DNA of 64,000 bases from contig JAGBES010000018.1 in NCBI GenBank assembly GCA_017936845.1, positions 92 to 64,091 on the forward strand. The letters are read 5' to 3'. The notes under the pieces were generated by a model. It did not search any database and was not told the origin of the DNA. It worked only from the letters and a program-made list of their open reading frames with translations. This DNA is from Bacilli bacterium (GTDB taxonomy: Bacteria > Bacillota_I > Bacilli_A > RF39 > UBA660). This document shows positions 1-8,878 of the stretch, in pieces. The first letter of the stretch is position 1; every line of letters starts with the position of its first letter. Both the position numbers and the translations under genes were made by a program.

Positions 1-149
1 TAGCATCATTTATTATTTTATATACTACTGGGGTTGCTATAAGGGCTATAATTGCTAGTATTACTATAACTGCTAGTAACTCTATTAACGTAAATCCTTT
101 CTTTAGGTTATTTAAATAACCCCCCCCCGATTTTACTATTTGCTAACAT
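1..149 (-). pseudogene. Type IV pilin-like protein (prepilin-type N-terminal domain). Only the 5' part is in the window, and the ATG at 149 is out of frame with the pilin frame across a G9 tract.
   Basis: Minus-strand translation of 103..2 gives KKGFTLIELLAVIVILAIIALIATPVVYKIINDA, a class III signal peptide with G|F cleavage site and hydrophobic helix. That frame has no ATG/GTG/TTG after the TAG at 145..143. The only ATG (149..147, MLANSKIGGG) reads through G9 and stops at 110..108. One G fewer would fuse the two frames. Confidence 0.6.
120..128. repeat. Homopolymeric C9 (G9 on the coding strand) inside the 5' end of the pilin-like gene
   Basis: Nine consecutive C counted at 120..128, in otherwise extremely AT-rich DNA. 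Confidence 0.9.
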
Positions 150-183
150 ATAAACTATCTACTTTCTATTTTTTTCTATACTA

Positions 184-212
184 ATTATATATTAAAAAAA
201 CTAGTTTTTCAA
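184..212 (-). promoter_or_regulatory. Sigma-A-type promoter upstream of the pilin-like gene
   Basis: Minus strand reads TTGAAA (212..207), a 17-nt spacer, then TATAAT (189..184). This is about 35 nt upstream of the ATG at 149. Confidence 0.45.
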
Positions 213-220
213 CTAGTTTT
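194..220. terminator. Bidirectional intrinsic terminator hairpin
   Basis: A7 tract, stem CTAGTT/AACTAG with a short T-rich loop, then a T tract. It lies downstream of the 360..788 gene. An identical 26-mer recurs at 10945..10970. Confidence 0.55.
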
Positions 221-359
221 ATATAATTTTTTTTGCATTTTCACTTTCTAACTCATCTGTTAAAAATTGATTATTATTATCTAATATTGTTTTTAAATCT
301 CCTTCTTTTGGTACATTATTATTTACATTTTTTTTATTTTAATTTACACTTATTTATTT

Positions 360-788
360 TTATAAATATTTCTTTAAAGCTTCTACATATTTTTCTTGTT
401 TACTTACATATTCTTCTAATATTTCGCTTACTTTTTTATCTACTGATTTTTTATTAATGATTCTTCTTCCTTCTATTATACCCATATTTGTTCCCTGTAA
501 TAATAATTCAGCTATCTTAGAATCACTATCATCCAGCATTGTTTTCATATTTATTCCTGTCCATGTCATTGCTTTTGTAAAACTTCCAGTTTCATGTGGT
601 TCAGAATCACTATATTCTACATATATTTTATCAATTTTTCTTTTAATATCTTCATAAAATTTATATTGTTCTTTTACTGTTTTTTTTAATTTTTCATCTT
701 TTATTTTACTAATTATATCTTTAGTTGCATCCATCCCCATACAAGCACCTTTACTTATTTCATCTAATGTATTTATATTTTCTTCCAT
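360..788 (-). CDS. Hypothetical helical protein (142 aa)
   Basis: ORF track. It has normal charged composition, unlike the Leu/Phe/Ile-rich ORFs on the opposite strand. No motif recognised. Confidence 0.55.
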   Translation of the reverse strand: MEENINTLDEISKGACMGMDATKDIISKIKDEKLKKTVKEQYKFYEDIKRKIDKIYVEYSDSEPHETGSFTKAMTWTGINMKTMLDDSDSKIAELLLQGTNMGIIEGRRIINKKSVDKKVSEILEEYVSKQEKYVEALKKYL

Positions 789-810
789 ATTTTATTCCTT
801 TCTAATTTAT

Positions 811-833
811 AAAAAGTCTCACAGAGACTTTTT
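811..833. terminator. Intrinsic terminator hairpin
   Basis: AAAAAGTCTC-aca-GAGACTTTTT is a perfect stem flanked by A and T tracts, directly after the stop of the small ORF 836..985. Confidence 0.6.
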
Positions 834-835
834 AA

Positions 836-985
836 TTACATCATATCTTCTAGCATATTATCTGCTTTTTTCATTGCTTTATTTGCAATTTTATCCATTT
901 GTTTTTTTACTGGTTTTTTATATTTTTGATATGCTAAAACAGCTCCTGCACCCATTAACATGTATGCTACATCCATCTTTTTCAT
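836..985 (-). CDS. Small protein (49 aa), not in the ORF track
   Basis: GAAGGTGA Shine-Dalgarno sequence about 7 nt before the ATG at 985. Product is MKKMDVAYMLMGAGAVLAYQKYKKPVKKQMDKIANKAMKKADNMLEDMM. A terminator follows. Confidence 0.4.
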   Translation of the reverse strand: MKKMDVAYMLMGAGAVLAYQKYKKPVKKQMDKIANKAMKKADNMLEDMM

Positions 986-1065
986 TATATCACCTTCTTG
1001 CTAAAAAATATGAAAATATTGTATGTTATATACATACAATATTAGTTTAACTAATTTTTATTTTT

Positions 1066-3273
1066 TTATACATTATTAATTAATTTTTCTTTTAATGATG
1101 TTTTTCTAACTATTTCATTATTATTACTTATTCCTATTTTAAAAGCATTAATCTCTCCTAATATAATTAATTTTCTTTTAGCTCTTGTAATAGCTGTATA
1201 AATAAGTTTTTTATATAACATTCTACTATAACTTGTACTAAGTAATAAAATAACTGTATCAAAATCACTTCCTTGTGATTTATGTATACTTATTATATAT
1301 CCATGTTTTATTTTATTAAAATCTTGTGGCAAATATTTTACTATATTTGAATCAAAATCAACATATATTTCATTTTTATGACTTTTTGATGTATCTGATT
1401 CTTTTATATATTTTATAATTCCTATATCACCATTATATACATTCTCATCAGGCATATTAGTTAATTGTAATATTTTATCATTTTCTCTAAAAACTACATC
1501 TCCTACTTTTATTTCTCTTTTAAATTCATCTTTAGGATTAAATATATTTTGTAATTCTTTATTAATATTATCTATTCCATTTATACCAGCATACATTGGT
1601 GCCATTAATTGTACTTTTTTATAATCATAACCTTTTTCTATTAACATTTTTGACAACTCTTTTAAATTAAAGATTATTTTATCTTTATTACAATTTAAAA
1701 ACATATAGTCATCTTTTTTTTCTAAAAAATCATCACTTATATTATTTTCTTTTATTTCTTTAGCAAGTATTGGAATATATGAATCATTACTTTGTCTATA
1801 TAATGTATTTAAATTTATAGTTTTAATTTTTTGACTTTCAATTAAGTCTTTTAATATTTGTCCCATACCTACACTAGGTAATTGATTATAATCTCCTACT
1901 AATACTAATTTAATATTATTTGTTATCCCTTTAAATAAACTATCTAATAATTTAGTATCTATCATACTTACTTCATCTATTATAATTAAATTACTATAAT
2001 CTTTATTATATTCATTAATAGCAAATGAATTGGTTTCTTTATTCCATTTTAAAAATCGATGAATTGTTGAAGCTTTGAAATTTGTTGATTCACTCATTCT
2101 TTTACTAGCTCTTCCGGTTGGTGCTAATAAAGCGATTTTATTTAATGCATCTTCTAATGTTAATTTATTTATTTTTATATATAAATCAACTATAGCTTTT
2201 ATTATAGTTGTCTTTCCTGTACCAGGTCCACCAGTTATAATAATTATATTATTTATTAAAGCTGATTTTATTGATTCTTTTTGTTCTTCATTATATTTTA
2301 TATTACTTTCTTTTTCTAATTTTTCTATTTCTAAATCTATATTTTTTATTTTATTTTGTTCTTTATTTATTAAATAGTTTATCTTTTTTACAATATTATT
2401 TTCACTATCATATATATCTTTTATATAGTATTTTTCTTCTTCTTTTACTATTTTTCCCTCATATCTAAGTTCATCTATATAATTATTAAAATCATTTTCT
2501 TCTATTTCAATTTTTAAATAATTTAAAACATTAATTTTTATTTCATCTAAGTATAAATAAGTATCTCCTGATTTAAATAATAAAGTATTCATTACATATA
2601 TAATACAGGCTTTTATTCTTTCTATAGTTGTATCATTTGTTATTTTTTTATTTATTTCATCTACTTTTAAAAATGATATTTCTAAATCTGTATCTAAAAT
2701 ACAATATATATTATGTTCTATTTCTCTAATTGTATTACTCTTGAATTTATTATATATATTTAAAGCATCTTTTAAGCTAAATCCTAATTCTGTTAAATAT
2801 ACTACTACTCTATGACTTTCTTCATATTTATTTAATGTTTCTATTATTATATTAGATTTTTTTAAAGTTAAAGTTGGTACTAAATTTAAACAATCTGGTT
2901 CTTCTAATATTCTATCTAAAGCATTATTACCCAATGTTTCTACTATTTTAGTTGCTAATTTCTTACCTATACCTCTAAATAAATCACTTGATAGAAAATC
3001 TATTATAGAATCTTTATCTTCTGGTTTTACTTTTTCATAGTTTTTTACATTATATTGGAATCCATATTTTATATGTTCTACTGCTTCTCCATAAAATATA
3101 TATTTATCTTCTTCATTTAATAAAGCAAAATTACCTGTAAAAGTAATTGTTTTATTTATATATGGAATAACTTCTAAATCATCAGTTTCTTCTACTTTAA
3201 ATATCCCAATTACAAATCCATTTTCACCATTAAATATACTTCTTTTATATATTCCTTTTATATATGTTTCCAT
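1066..3273 (-). CDS. recD2: RecD2-type SF1B ATP-dependent DNA helicase (RecD-like/YrrC family)
   Basis: Motifs seen: Walker A ITGGPGTGKTT, LAPTGRASKRM, Walker B IIDEVSM, VGDYNQLPSVGMG, and the C-terminal SIHKSQGSDFD. The likely start is METYIKG at 3273, preceded by GGTGA. The ORF track extends the ORF to 3300. Confidence 0.9.
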   Translation of the reverse strand: METYIKGIYKRSIFNGENGFVIGIFKVEETDDLEVIPYINKTITFTGNFALLNEEDKYIFYGEAVEHIKYGFQYNVKNYEKVKPEDKDSIIDFLSSDLFRGIGKKLATKIVETLGNNALDRILEEPDCLNLVPTLTLKKSNIIIETLNKYEESHRVVVYLTELGFSLKDALNIYNKFKSNTIREIEHNIYCILDTDLEISFLKVDEINKKITNDTTIERIKACIIYVMNTLLFKSGDTYLYLDEIKINVLNYLKIEIEENDFNNYIDELRYEGKIVKEEEKYYIKDIYDSENNIVKKINYLINKEQNKIKNIDLEIEKLEKESNIKYNEEQKESIKSALINNIIIITGGPGTGKTTIIKAIVDLYIKINKLTLEDALNKIALLAPTGRASKRMSESTNFKASTIHRFLKWNKETNSFAINEYNKDYSNLIIIDEVSMIDTKLLDSLFKGITNNIKLVLVGDYNQLPSVGMGQILKDLIESQKIKTINLNTLYRQSNDSYIPILAKEIKENNISDDFLEKKDDYMFLNCNKDKIIFNLKELSKMLIEKGYDYKKVQLMAPMYAGINGIDNINKELQNIFNPKDEFKREIKVGDVVFRENDKILQLTNMPDENVYNGDIGIIKYIKESDTSKSHKNEIYVDFDSNIVKYLPQDFNKIKHGYIISIHKSQGSDFDTVILLLSTSYSRMLYKKLIYTAITRAKRKLIILGEINAFKIGISNNNEIVRKTSLKEKLINNV

Positions 3274-3322
3274 ATAATCACCACTTTTAAAGTATAGCAT
3301 TTTTTAGAAGAAAAAAAAAGCT

Positions 3323-4102
3323 TTATTTAGCTTTTATTTGATTCATATCATATTCTCTAGCATCTTCTAATAATTTTCTTTGTTCTTCTTCATAATTAGT
3401 TTGTTGTTCATCCATATAATTAATCAATTCTTGTGCTTGTTGTTCTTCTTTTATTTGTTCTTGTCTTCTATCTAATTCTCTTTGTTCTACTGCTTCTTGA
3501 TGAAATTCATACATCTTTTGCTCATCATATAATTCTTGACTTATTTTTGTTTCCTCATCATAATTTTTATTATCCATATCTATTATTTTATCTATTACAC
3601 TACTTGTACTATAATTATTATTTTCTTCTATTGGACCAACATGTTCTATATACAATTCTTGACTTACTTTTGTCTCTTCATCAAAATTTTTATTATCTAT
3701 ATCTACAATTATGTTACCAATTGGAATAGTTGCTAAAGCTATTCCTCCACCTACTAAAATAGCTTTTAATGCTTTTTTATTTATAAAACTAAATTTTTTA
3801 TCTTTTTTTAAACTAACACTATTATCTAATGCACTAACAATATCTTTATTTAATTCTAAAGTATTTGAATAAATTATTATTGATAAAGGTATTCTATCAA
3901 CAAAAGTTGCTACATATTTAGTAGTATATTCACTTTCTATTTTTTCTACTTTTTTACAAGTATTTTTCTTAGAAAGTTGAACAAATTTAGCAGTTATTTC
4001 TTCTTTTAAATAATTATTTCTATTTTCATTACTACTATATGCATTCTCATTTTCACTAAATATATATCCTTCTACTCTATTTCTATTATCAAAAATATTC
4101 AT
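3323..4102 (-). CDS. Hypothetical single-pass membrane protein with an internal duplicated segment and a Glu/Gln-rich tail
   Basis: ORF track. A TM-like segment ILVGGGIALATIPIGNII is present. The segment D(I/M)DNKN(F/Y)DEETK(V/I)SQELY occurs twice. Confidence 0.55.
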   Translation of the reverse strand: MNIFDNRNRVEGYIFSENENAYSSNENRNNYLKEEITAKFVQLSKKNTCKKVEKIESEYTTKYVATFVDRIPLSIIIYSNTLELNKDIVSALDNSVSLKKDKKFSFINKKALKAILVGGGIALATIPIGNIIVDIDNKNFDEETKVSQELYIEHVGPIEENNNYSTSSVIDKIIDMDNKNYDEETKISQELYDEQKMYEFHQEAVEQRELDRRQEQIKEEQQAQELINYMDEQQTNYEEEQRKLLEDAREYDMNQIKAK

Positions 4103-4182
4103 ATTATCACCAATTATAATATATCATTTATTTATATCTAAAGTCAATTTATTAAACACTTTATTTACATATAAAAAAACAA

Positions 4183-4665
4183 TTAATTAATACTTTTAAC
4201 TAATTGTTTTACTTTTTCATCATAATTTTTCATTAAATCTATTGTAAATTTAAAATAATTGCTTTCATTTATTAAATATTTAAATTCTTCTTTTGTTAAA
4301 GGAAAGGTTGCAATTACTTTTTCTAAGCTACCTTTATATTTTATATCTTTTATCATTTCTATTATTTCTTCTCTTGGTATTATTCTTATTATCTTCATAT
4401 TAGAACAAGAATAAATATCATAATCATAATAACTATCATAAAAATTATATATTTCTCCACTACATTCTACTTCTGTTAATATTGCACCGTTACTAAAATC
4501 ATAAAATCTAAATGTTTCTTCAAAATTTTTTGAAAAATGATATCCTCTACCAAATCTACCTTCTATTTTTCCTGATACAAAATAATCTTTACCACACTCA
4601 AATTTTTCACCATATTGATTTTCTAATTCTTTATTGAATGCTTTATATCCTTTAACTTTATTCAT
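4183..4665 (-). CDS. Hypothetical protein (160 aa)
   Basis: ORF track. Ordinary composition and no recognisable motif. Confidence 0.5.
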   Translation of the reverse strand: MNKVKGYKAFNKELENQYGEKFECGKDYFVSGKIEGRFGRGYHFSKNFEETFRFYDFSNGAILTEVECSGEIYNFYDSYYDYDIYSCSNMKIIRIIPREEIIEMIKDIKYKGSLEKVIATFPLTKEEFKYLINESNYFKFTIDLMKNYDEKVKQLVKSIN

Positions 4666-4672
4666 AAATCAC

Positions 4673-7486
4673 CTATTTTAAATATTCTTTTAAAAATTTT
4701 CCTGTATAGCTTTCTTCTATTTTTACAACTTCTTCTGGAGTTCCTTTAGCAACTATAGTACCACCTAAATCTCCACCTTCTGGGCCTAAATCTATTATAT
4801 AATCTGCTACTTTTATAACATCTAAATTATGTTCAATAACTAATACTGTATCACCATTTGAAACAATTCTATTTAGAATAATAAGTAATTTTTTTATATC
4901 ATCAGTATGTAAACCTGTAGTAGGTTCATCTAATATAAATAAACTTTTGCCTGTAGGTTTTTTTTGTAATTCTTTAGCAAGTTTTACACGGGCTGCTTCT
5001 CCCCCTGATAATGTTGGAGCACTTTGTCCTAATTTTATATATGATAGTCCAACATCCATAAGCATCTGTAGTTTACTTTTAACTTTAGGAACATTTTGAA
5101 AAAAATCATATGCTTCTTCTACTTGCATTTCAAGCACATCATATATTGATTTTCCTTTATATTTTACTTGTAATGTTTCTTTATTATATCTTGTTCCATT
5201 ACATACTTCACATGGAACATATACATCTGGTAAAAAATGCATTTCTATTTTTTTCACACCATCTCCGTAACAAGCTTCACATCTTCCACCTTTTACATTA
5301 AAAGAAAATCTTCCCTTATCATATCCTCTTAATTTTGCTTCTTTTGTCTCTGTGAATACATCTCTTATATCATCAAATACTCCTGTATAAGTAGCTGGAT
5401 TACTTCTTGGAGTTCTTCCTATTGGATTTTGTGATATATCCACTACTTTATCTATGTTTTCAAGTCCTTTTATTTCTTTATATTTACCTGGTTTTTCTTT
5501 TGTTTTATATAAATTATTACGACATACTTTATATAATATTTCATTTATTAATGTTGATTTTCCACTTCCTGATACGCCTGTTATACAAGTAAATGTTCCA
5601 AGTGGTATTTTAACATTTATATTTTTTAAATTATTTTCTTGTGCACCTTTTATTTCTATATATTTCTTATTACCTTTTCGTCTTATAGTTGGTACTTCTA
5701 TTTTAAGTTTTCCTGTTAAATATTTTCCTGTTAAACTATTTTCATTTTGCATTACTTCTTTTGGTGTTCCACTAGCTACTACATAACCACCATGAATACC
5801 AGCACCCGGACCAATATCAACTAAATAATCAGCTGCTAACATTGTATCTGAATCATGTTCTACTACAACTAATGTATTTCCTAAATTTCTCATTTCAAGC
5901 AATGAATTAATTAATCTTTGATTATCCCTTTGATGTAGTCCAATTGATGGTTCATCTAATACATATAAAACACCTGTTAATCTTGATCCAATTTGCGTTG
6001 CTAATCTTATTCTTTGTGCTTCTCCTCCTGATAATGTTGCTGCACTTCTAGCTAATGTTAAATATTCAAGTCCAACATTTATTAAAAAGCTTAATCTTGA
6101 TTCTATTTCTTTTACAATTAAACTTGCTATTTCTGTTTTTTCTTTACTCAATTTTAAATTTGTAATAAATTTATATAATTCTTTTATACTCAATAATGTT
6201 ACTTCATATATATTTTTATTATTTACTTTAACTGATAAAATTGAATCGTCTAATCTTGAACCATGACACTTTGGACAAGGAAGTTCTGTCATATATCCTT
6301 CTATCCATTCTCTTATCCAACCACTCTTTGTTTCTACATATCTTCTTTCTAAATTAGTAATAATTCCTTCATAAAAATCTTTTTGTGTTCTTTTATTCCC
6401 ATTTTTAGAAACATATTTAAATTCTAACATATCTGGTGTTCCATATAATAATACATCTAATTTTTTTCTATCTATATCTTTTATTTTAGCATCCATATCT
6501 ATATCATAATAATTACATACTGTACTTATTTGTGTTGATATAATATTAGTATCATCTTTTAAATTTATTACTTTTATAGCACCCTCATTAATACTCAAAT
6601 TTCTATCCGGTATTACTAAATCTTCATCTATTTTATATTTAATACCAAGTCCCTTACATTCTTTACATGCTCCATATGGCGCATTAAATGAAAACATTCT
6701 TGGCTCTAGTTCTGGTAAGCTGAAATCACAATCTGGACATGCATATTTTTCACTCATTACTATTTCATCTTGTCCCACTACATCTATAACAGTTTTTCCT
6801 TTTGACAATTTAGTAGCAAGTTCTATTGCTTCATATAATCTACTTCTTACATCTTCTTTTATAACTATTCTATCTATAACTACTAATATATTATGTTTTT
6901 TATTTTTTTCTAATTTTATTTCTTCTGATAACTCATAATCTTTATTATCTATAACTACTCTAATAAAACCATCTTGTTTTAATTTTTCTAATATATCTAT
7001 ATGAGTCCCTTTTTCGCCATATACAATAGGACTTAATACTCTTATTTTAGTTCCTATATCTAATTTTAATATTTGGTTTGTCATTTCTTCTATACTTTGA
7101 CTTGATATTGGTCTATTATGTATAGGACAATATGGAACACCTACCCTTGCATACAAAAGTCTTAAATAATCATATATTTCTGTTACTGTTCCTACTGTAC
7201 TTCTTGGATTTTTACTTGTTGTTTTTTGATCTATACTTATAGCTGGAGAAAGTCCTTCTATAGAATCTACATCAGGTTTTTTTTCTCCACCCAAAAATTG
7301 TCTAGCATATGCTGATAAACTTTCAATATATCTTCTTTCTCCTTCAGCATATATAGTATCAAAAGCAAGTGATGATTTACCACTTCCTGATACTCCAGTC
7401 ATAACTATTAATTTATTTTTTGGTAATTCTATATCTATATTTTTTAAATTATTCTCACGAGCTCCTTTTATAATTATCTTGTCCAT
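4673..7486 (-). CDS. uvrA: Excinuclease ABC subunit A
   Basis: Two ABC ATPase modules (GVSGSGKSS and GVSGSGKST, each with LSGGE signatures), zinc-finger Cys clusters, and the typical length of 937 aa. Confidence 0.97.
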   Translation of the reverse strand: MDKIIIKGARENNLKNIDIELPKNKLIVMTGVSGSGKSSLAFDTIYAEGERRYIESLSAYARQFLGGEKKPDVDSIEGLSPAISIDQKTTSKNPRSTVGTVTEIYDYLRLLYARVGVPYCPIHNRPISSQSIEEMTNQILKLDIGTKIRVLSPIVYGEKGTHIDILEKLKQDGFIRVVIDNKDYELSEEIKLEKNKKHNILVVIDRIVIKEDVRSRLYEAIELATKLSKGKTVIDVVGQDEIVMSEKYACPDCDFSLPELEPRMFSFNAPYGACKECKGLGIKYKIDEDLVIPDRNLSINEGAIKVINLKDDTNIISTQISTVCNYYDIDMDAKIKDIDRKKLDVLLYGTPDMLEFKYVSKNGNKRTQKDFYEGIITNLERRYVETKSGWIREWIEGYMTELPCPKCHGSRLDDSILSVKVNNKNIYEVTLLSIKELYKFITNLKLSKEKTEIASLIVKEIESRLSFLINVGLEYLTLARSAATLSGGEAQRIRLATQIGSRLTGVLYVLDEPSIGLHQRDNQRLINSLLEMRNLGNTLVVVEHDSDTMLAADYLVDIGPGAGIHGGYVVASGTPKEVMQNENSLTGKYLTGKLKIEVPTIRRKGNKKYIEIKGAQENNLKNINVKIPLGTFTCITGVSGSGKSTLINEILYKVCRNNLYKTKEKPGKYKEIKGLENIDKVVDISQNPIGRTPRSNPATYTGVFDDIRDVFTETKEAKLRGYDKGRFSFNVKGGRCEACYGDGVKKIEMHFLPDVYVPCEVCNGTRYNKETLQVKYKGKSIYDVLEMQVEEAYDFFQNVPKVKSKLQMLMDVGLSYIKLGQSAPTLSGGEAARVKLAKELQKKPTGKSLFILDEPTTGLHTDDIKKLLIILNRIVSNGDTVLVIEHNLDVIKVADYIIDLGPEGGDLGGTIVAKGTPEEVVKIEESYTGKFLKEYLK

Positions 7487-7503
7487 AATAACACCTCCGT
7501 TAT

Positions 7504-7532
7504 ATTATAACATTGCGAACAAAAGTATGCAA
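7504..7532 (-). promoter_or_regulatory. uvrA promoter with a degenerate LexA (Cheo-box-like) site in the spacer
   Basis: Minus strand reads TTGCAT (7532..7527), a 17-nt spacer, then TATAAT (7509..7504). The spacer contains CGAACAAAAGTATG on the plus strand (7516..7529), compared with the Gram-positive consensus GAAC-N4-GTTC. Confidence 0.4.
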
Positions 7533-7569
7533 TAAAATAAAAAAACAAAATAACATTTTAATTTTGTGA

Positions 7570-7719
7570 TTATTTTATTTTTATATAATGTCTATCTATT
7601 TTTTCATATATTTTTGTGTATTTTCTATTTGGTAATTTATTTTCTATTTTTATACTATTTCCTAATCCCAATATTGTTATTGATGAGAAAATAACTAAAT
7701 TTTTAATTTTTCTTTTCAT
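7570..7719 (-). CDS. Small protein (49 aa) with a hydrophobic N-terminus, not in the ORF track
   Basis: AGGAGA Shine-Dalgarno sequence about 8 nt before the ATG at 7719. Product is MKRKIKNLVIFSSITILGLGNSIKIENKLPNRKYTKIYEKIDRHYIKIK. Confidence 0.3.
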   Translation of the reverse strand: MKRKIKNLVIFSSITILGLGNSIKIENKLPNRKYTKIYEKIDRHYIKIK

Positions 7720-7810
7720 AACATTATCTCCTTGATAAATAGATATTATATCATATTTTTTTATTTTGTAAATAAAAAGTGGAATATATTTTTATACATC
7801 CACTTTTATA

Positions 7811-8866
7811 TTAAAATACTCTTTTTCTTAAGAATGCTGGAATATCAGTATCTCCATCATCTTCTTCATCGTTAATTATATTATTTCTCTTTGGTTCTTC
7901 TTTTGTTTCTTCAGGTTTTTCTTGATCAAATCCAGTTGCAATAACTGTTACTATTATCTCGTCGTTTAGATTTTCATTAATAACAGCTCCAAATATAGTA
8001 TTAATATCTGTATCAGCACTTGATCTAATTACTTCTGCTGCTTCTTCTACTTCAAATAATGTTAAATTTGAACCTCCAGTTACATTTATAATTGCATCAG
8101 TAGCTCCACTTATACTTGCTTCTAAAAGTGGTGATGTAACAGCTTCTTTAGCAGCTTCTGTTGCTCTATTTTCTCCTACACCCATACCTATACCAATAAG
8201 AGCATTTCCTCTCTTTTCCATTACAGCCTTAACATCTGCAAAATCTAGATTTATAAGTCCAGCTACAGCTATTAAATCTGATATTGATTGAACTCCTCTT
8301 CTTAAAACATTATCAACTTCTTTAAATGAATCAACTAAAGATGTAGATTTGTCTATTATTTCTCTTAAACGATCATTAGGTATAACAATCAATGTATCAA
8401 CATGTTTTTTTAATTCTTCTAATCCTGCTAATGCATGAGACATTCTTTTTTTACCTTCAAAATAAAATGGTTTAGTTACTATTCCAACTGTAAGAGCTCC
8501 AAGTTCTTGGGCGATATCAGCAATTACTGGTGCAGCTCCTGTACCTGTTCCTCCACCCATTCCGCAAGTTATGAAAACCATATCTGCTCCATCTAATGCA
8601 GCTTTCAATTCATCTTTGCTTTCTAATGCAGCTTCTCTACCAATATCAGGATTTGCTCCTGCTCCAAGTCCATTTGTAAGTTTTTCACCTATTTGAATTT
8701 TTACTGGTGCATTTGAGTTGTTTAATACCTGTAAATCAGTGTTAGCAACTATAAAGTCTACACCTTTTACTCCTGATTCAATCATTCTATTTACAGCATT
8801 ATTTCCTGCTCCACCTACACCAATTACTTTTATTTTTGCTAATTGATCCATTTCTAATCCAAACAT
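7811..8866 (-). CDS. ftsZ: Cell division GTPase FtsZ
   Basis: Tubulin signature [10 protein letters not shown] and the N-terminal [23 protein letters not shown] Shine-Dalgarno sequence upstream. Confidence 0.97.
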   Translation of the reverse strand: MFGLEMDQLAKIKVIGVGGAGNNAVNRMIESGVKGVDFIVANTDLQVLNNSNAPVKIQIGEKLTNGLGAGANPDIGREAALESKDELKAALDGADMVFITCGMGGGTGTGAAPVIADIAQELGALTVGIVTKPFYFEGKKRMSHALAGLEELKKHVDTLIVIPNDRLREIIDKSTSLVDSFKEVDNVLRRGVQSISDLIAVAGLINLDFADVKAVMEKRGNALIGIGMGVGENRATEAAKEAVTSPLLEASISGATDAIINVTGGSNLTLFEVEEAAEVIRSSADTDINTIFGAVINENLNDEIIVTVIATGFDQEKPEETKEEPKRNNIINDEEDDGDTDIPAFLRKRVF

Positions 8867-8878
8867 TTTTAAGTCCTC

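Noticed and set aside
233-457. Numerous plus-strand ORFs of 60-160 aa lie antisense to annotated genes. Examples: 233..457, 2075..2377, 3433..3729, 5454..5786, 12306..12797, 17766..18089, 28917..29210, 31027..31320, 39597..39974, 48498..48713, 49262..49573, 55145..55411, 60198..60461.
   Set aside because: Their products are Leu/Phe/Ile/Ser-rich low-complexity strings. That is typical of the reverse strand of Lys/Asn/Glu-rich genes in very AT-rich DNA. They lack ribosome-binding sites and overlap well-supported genes.
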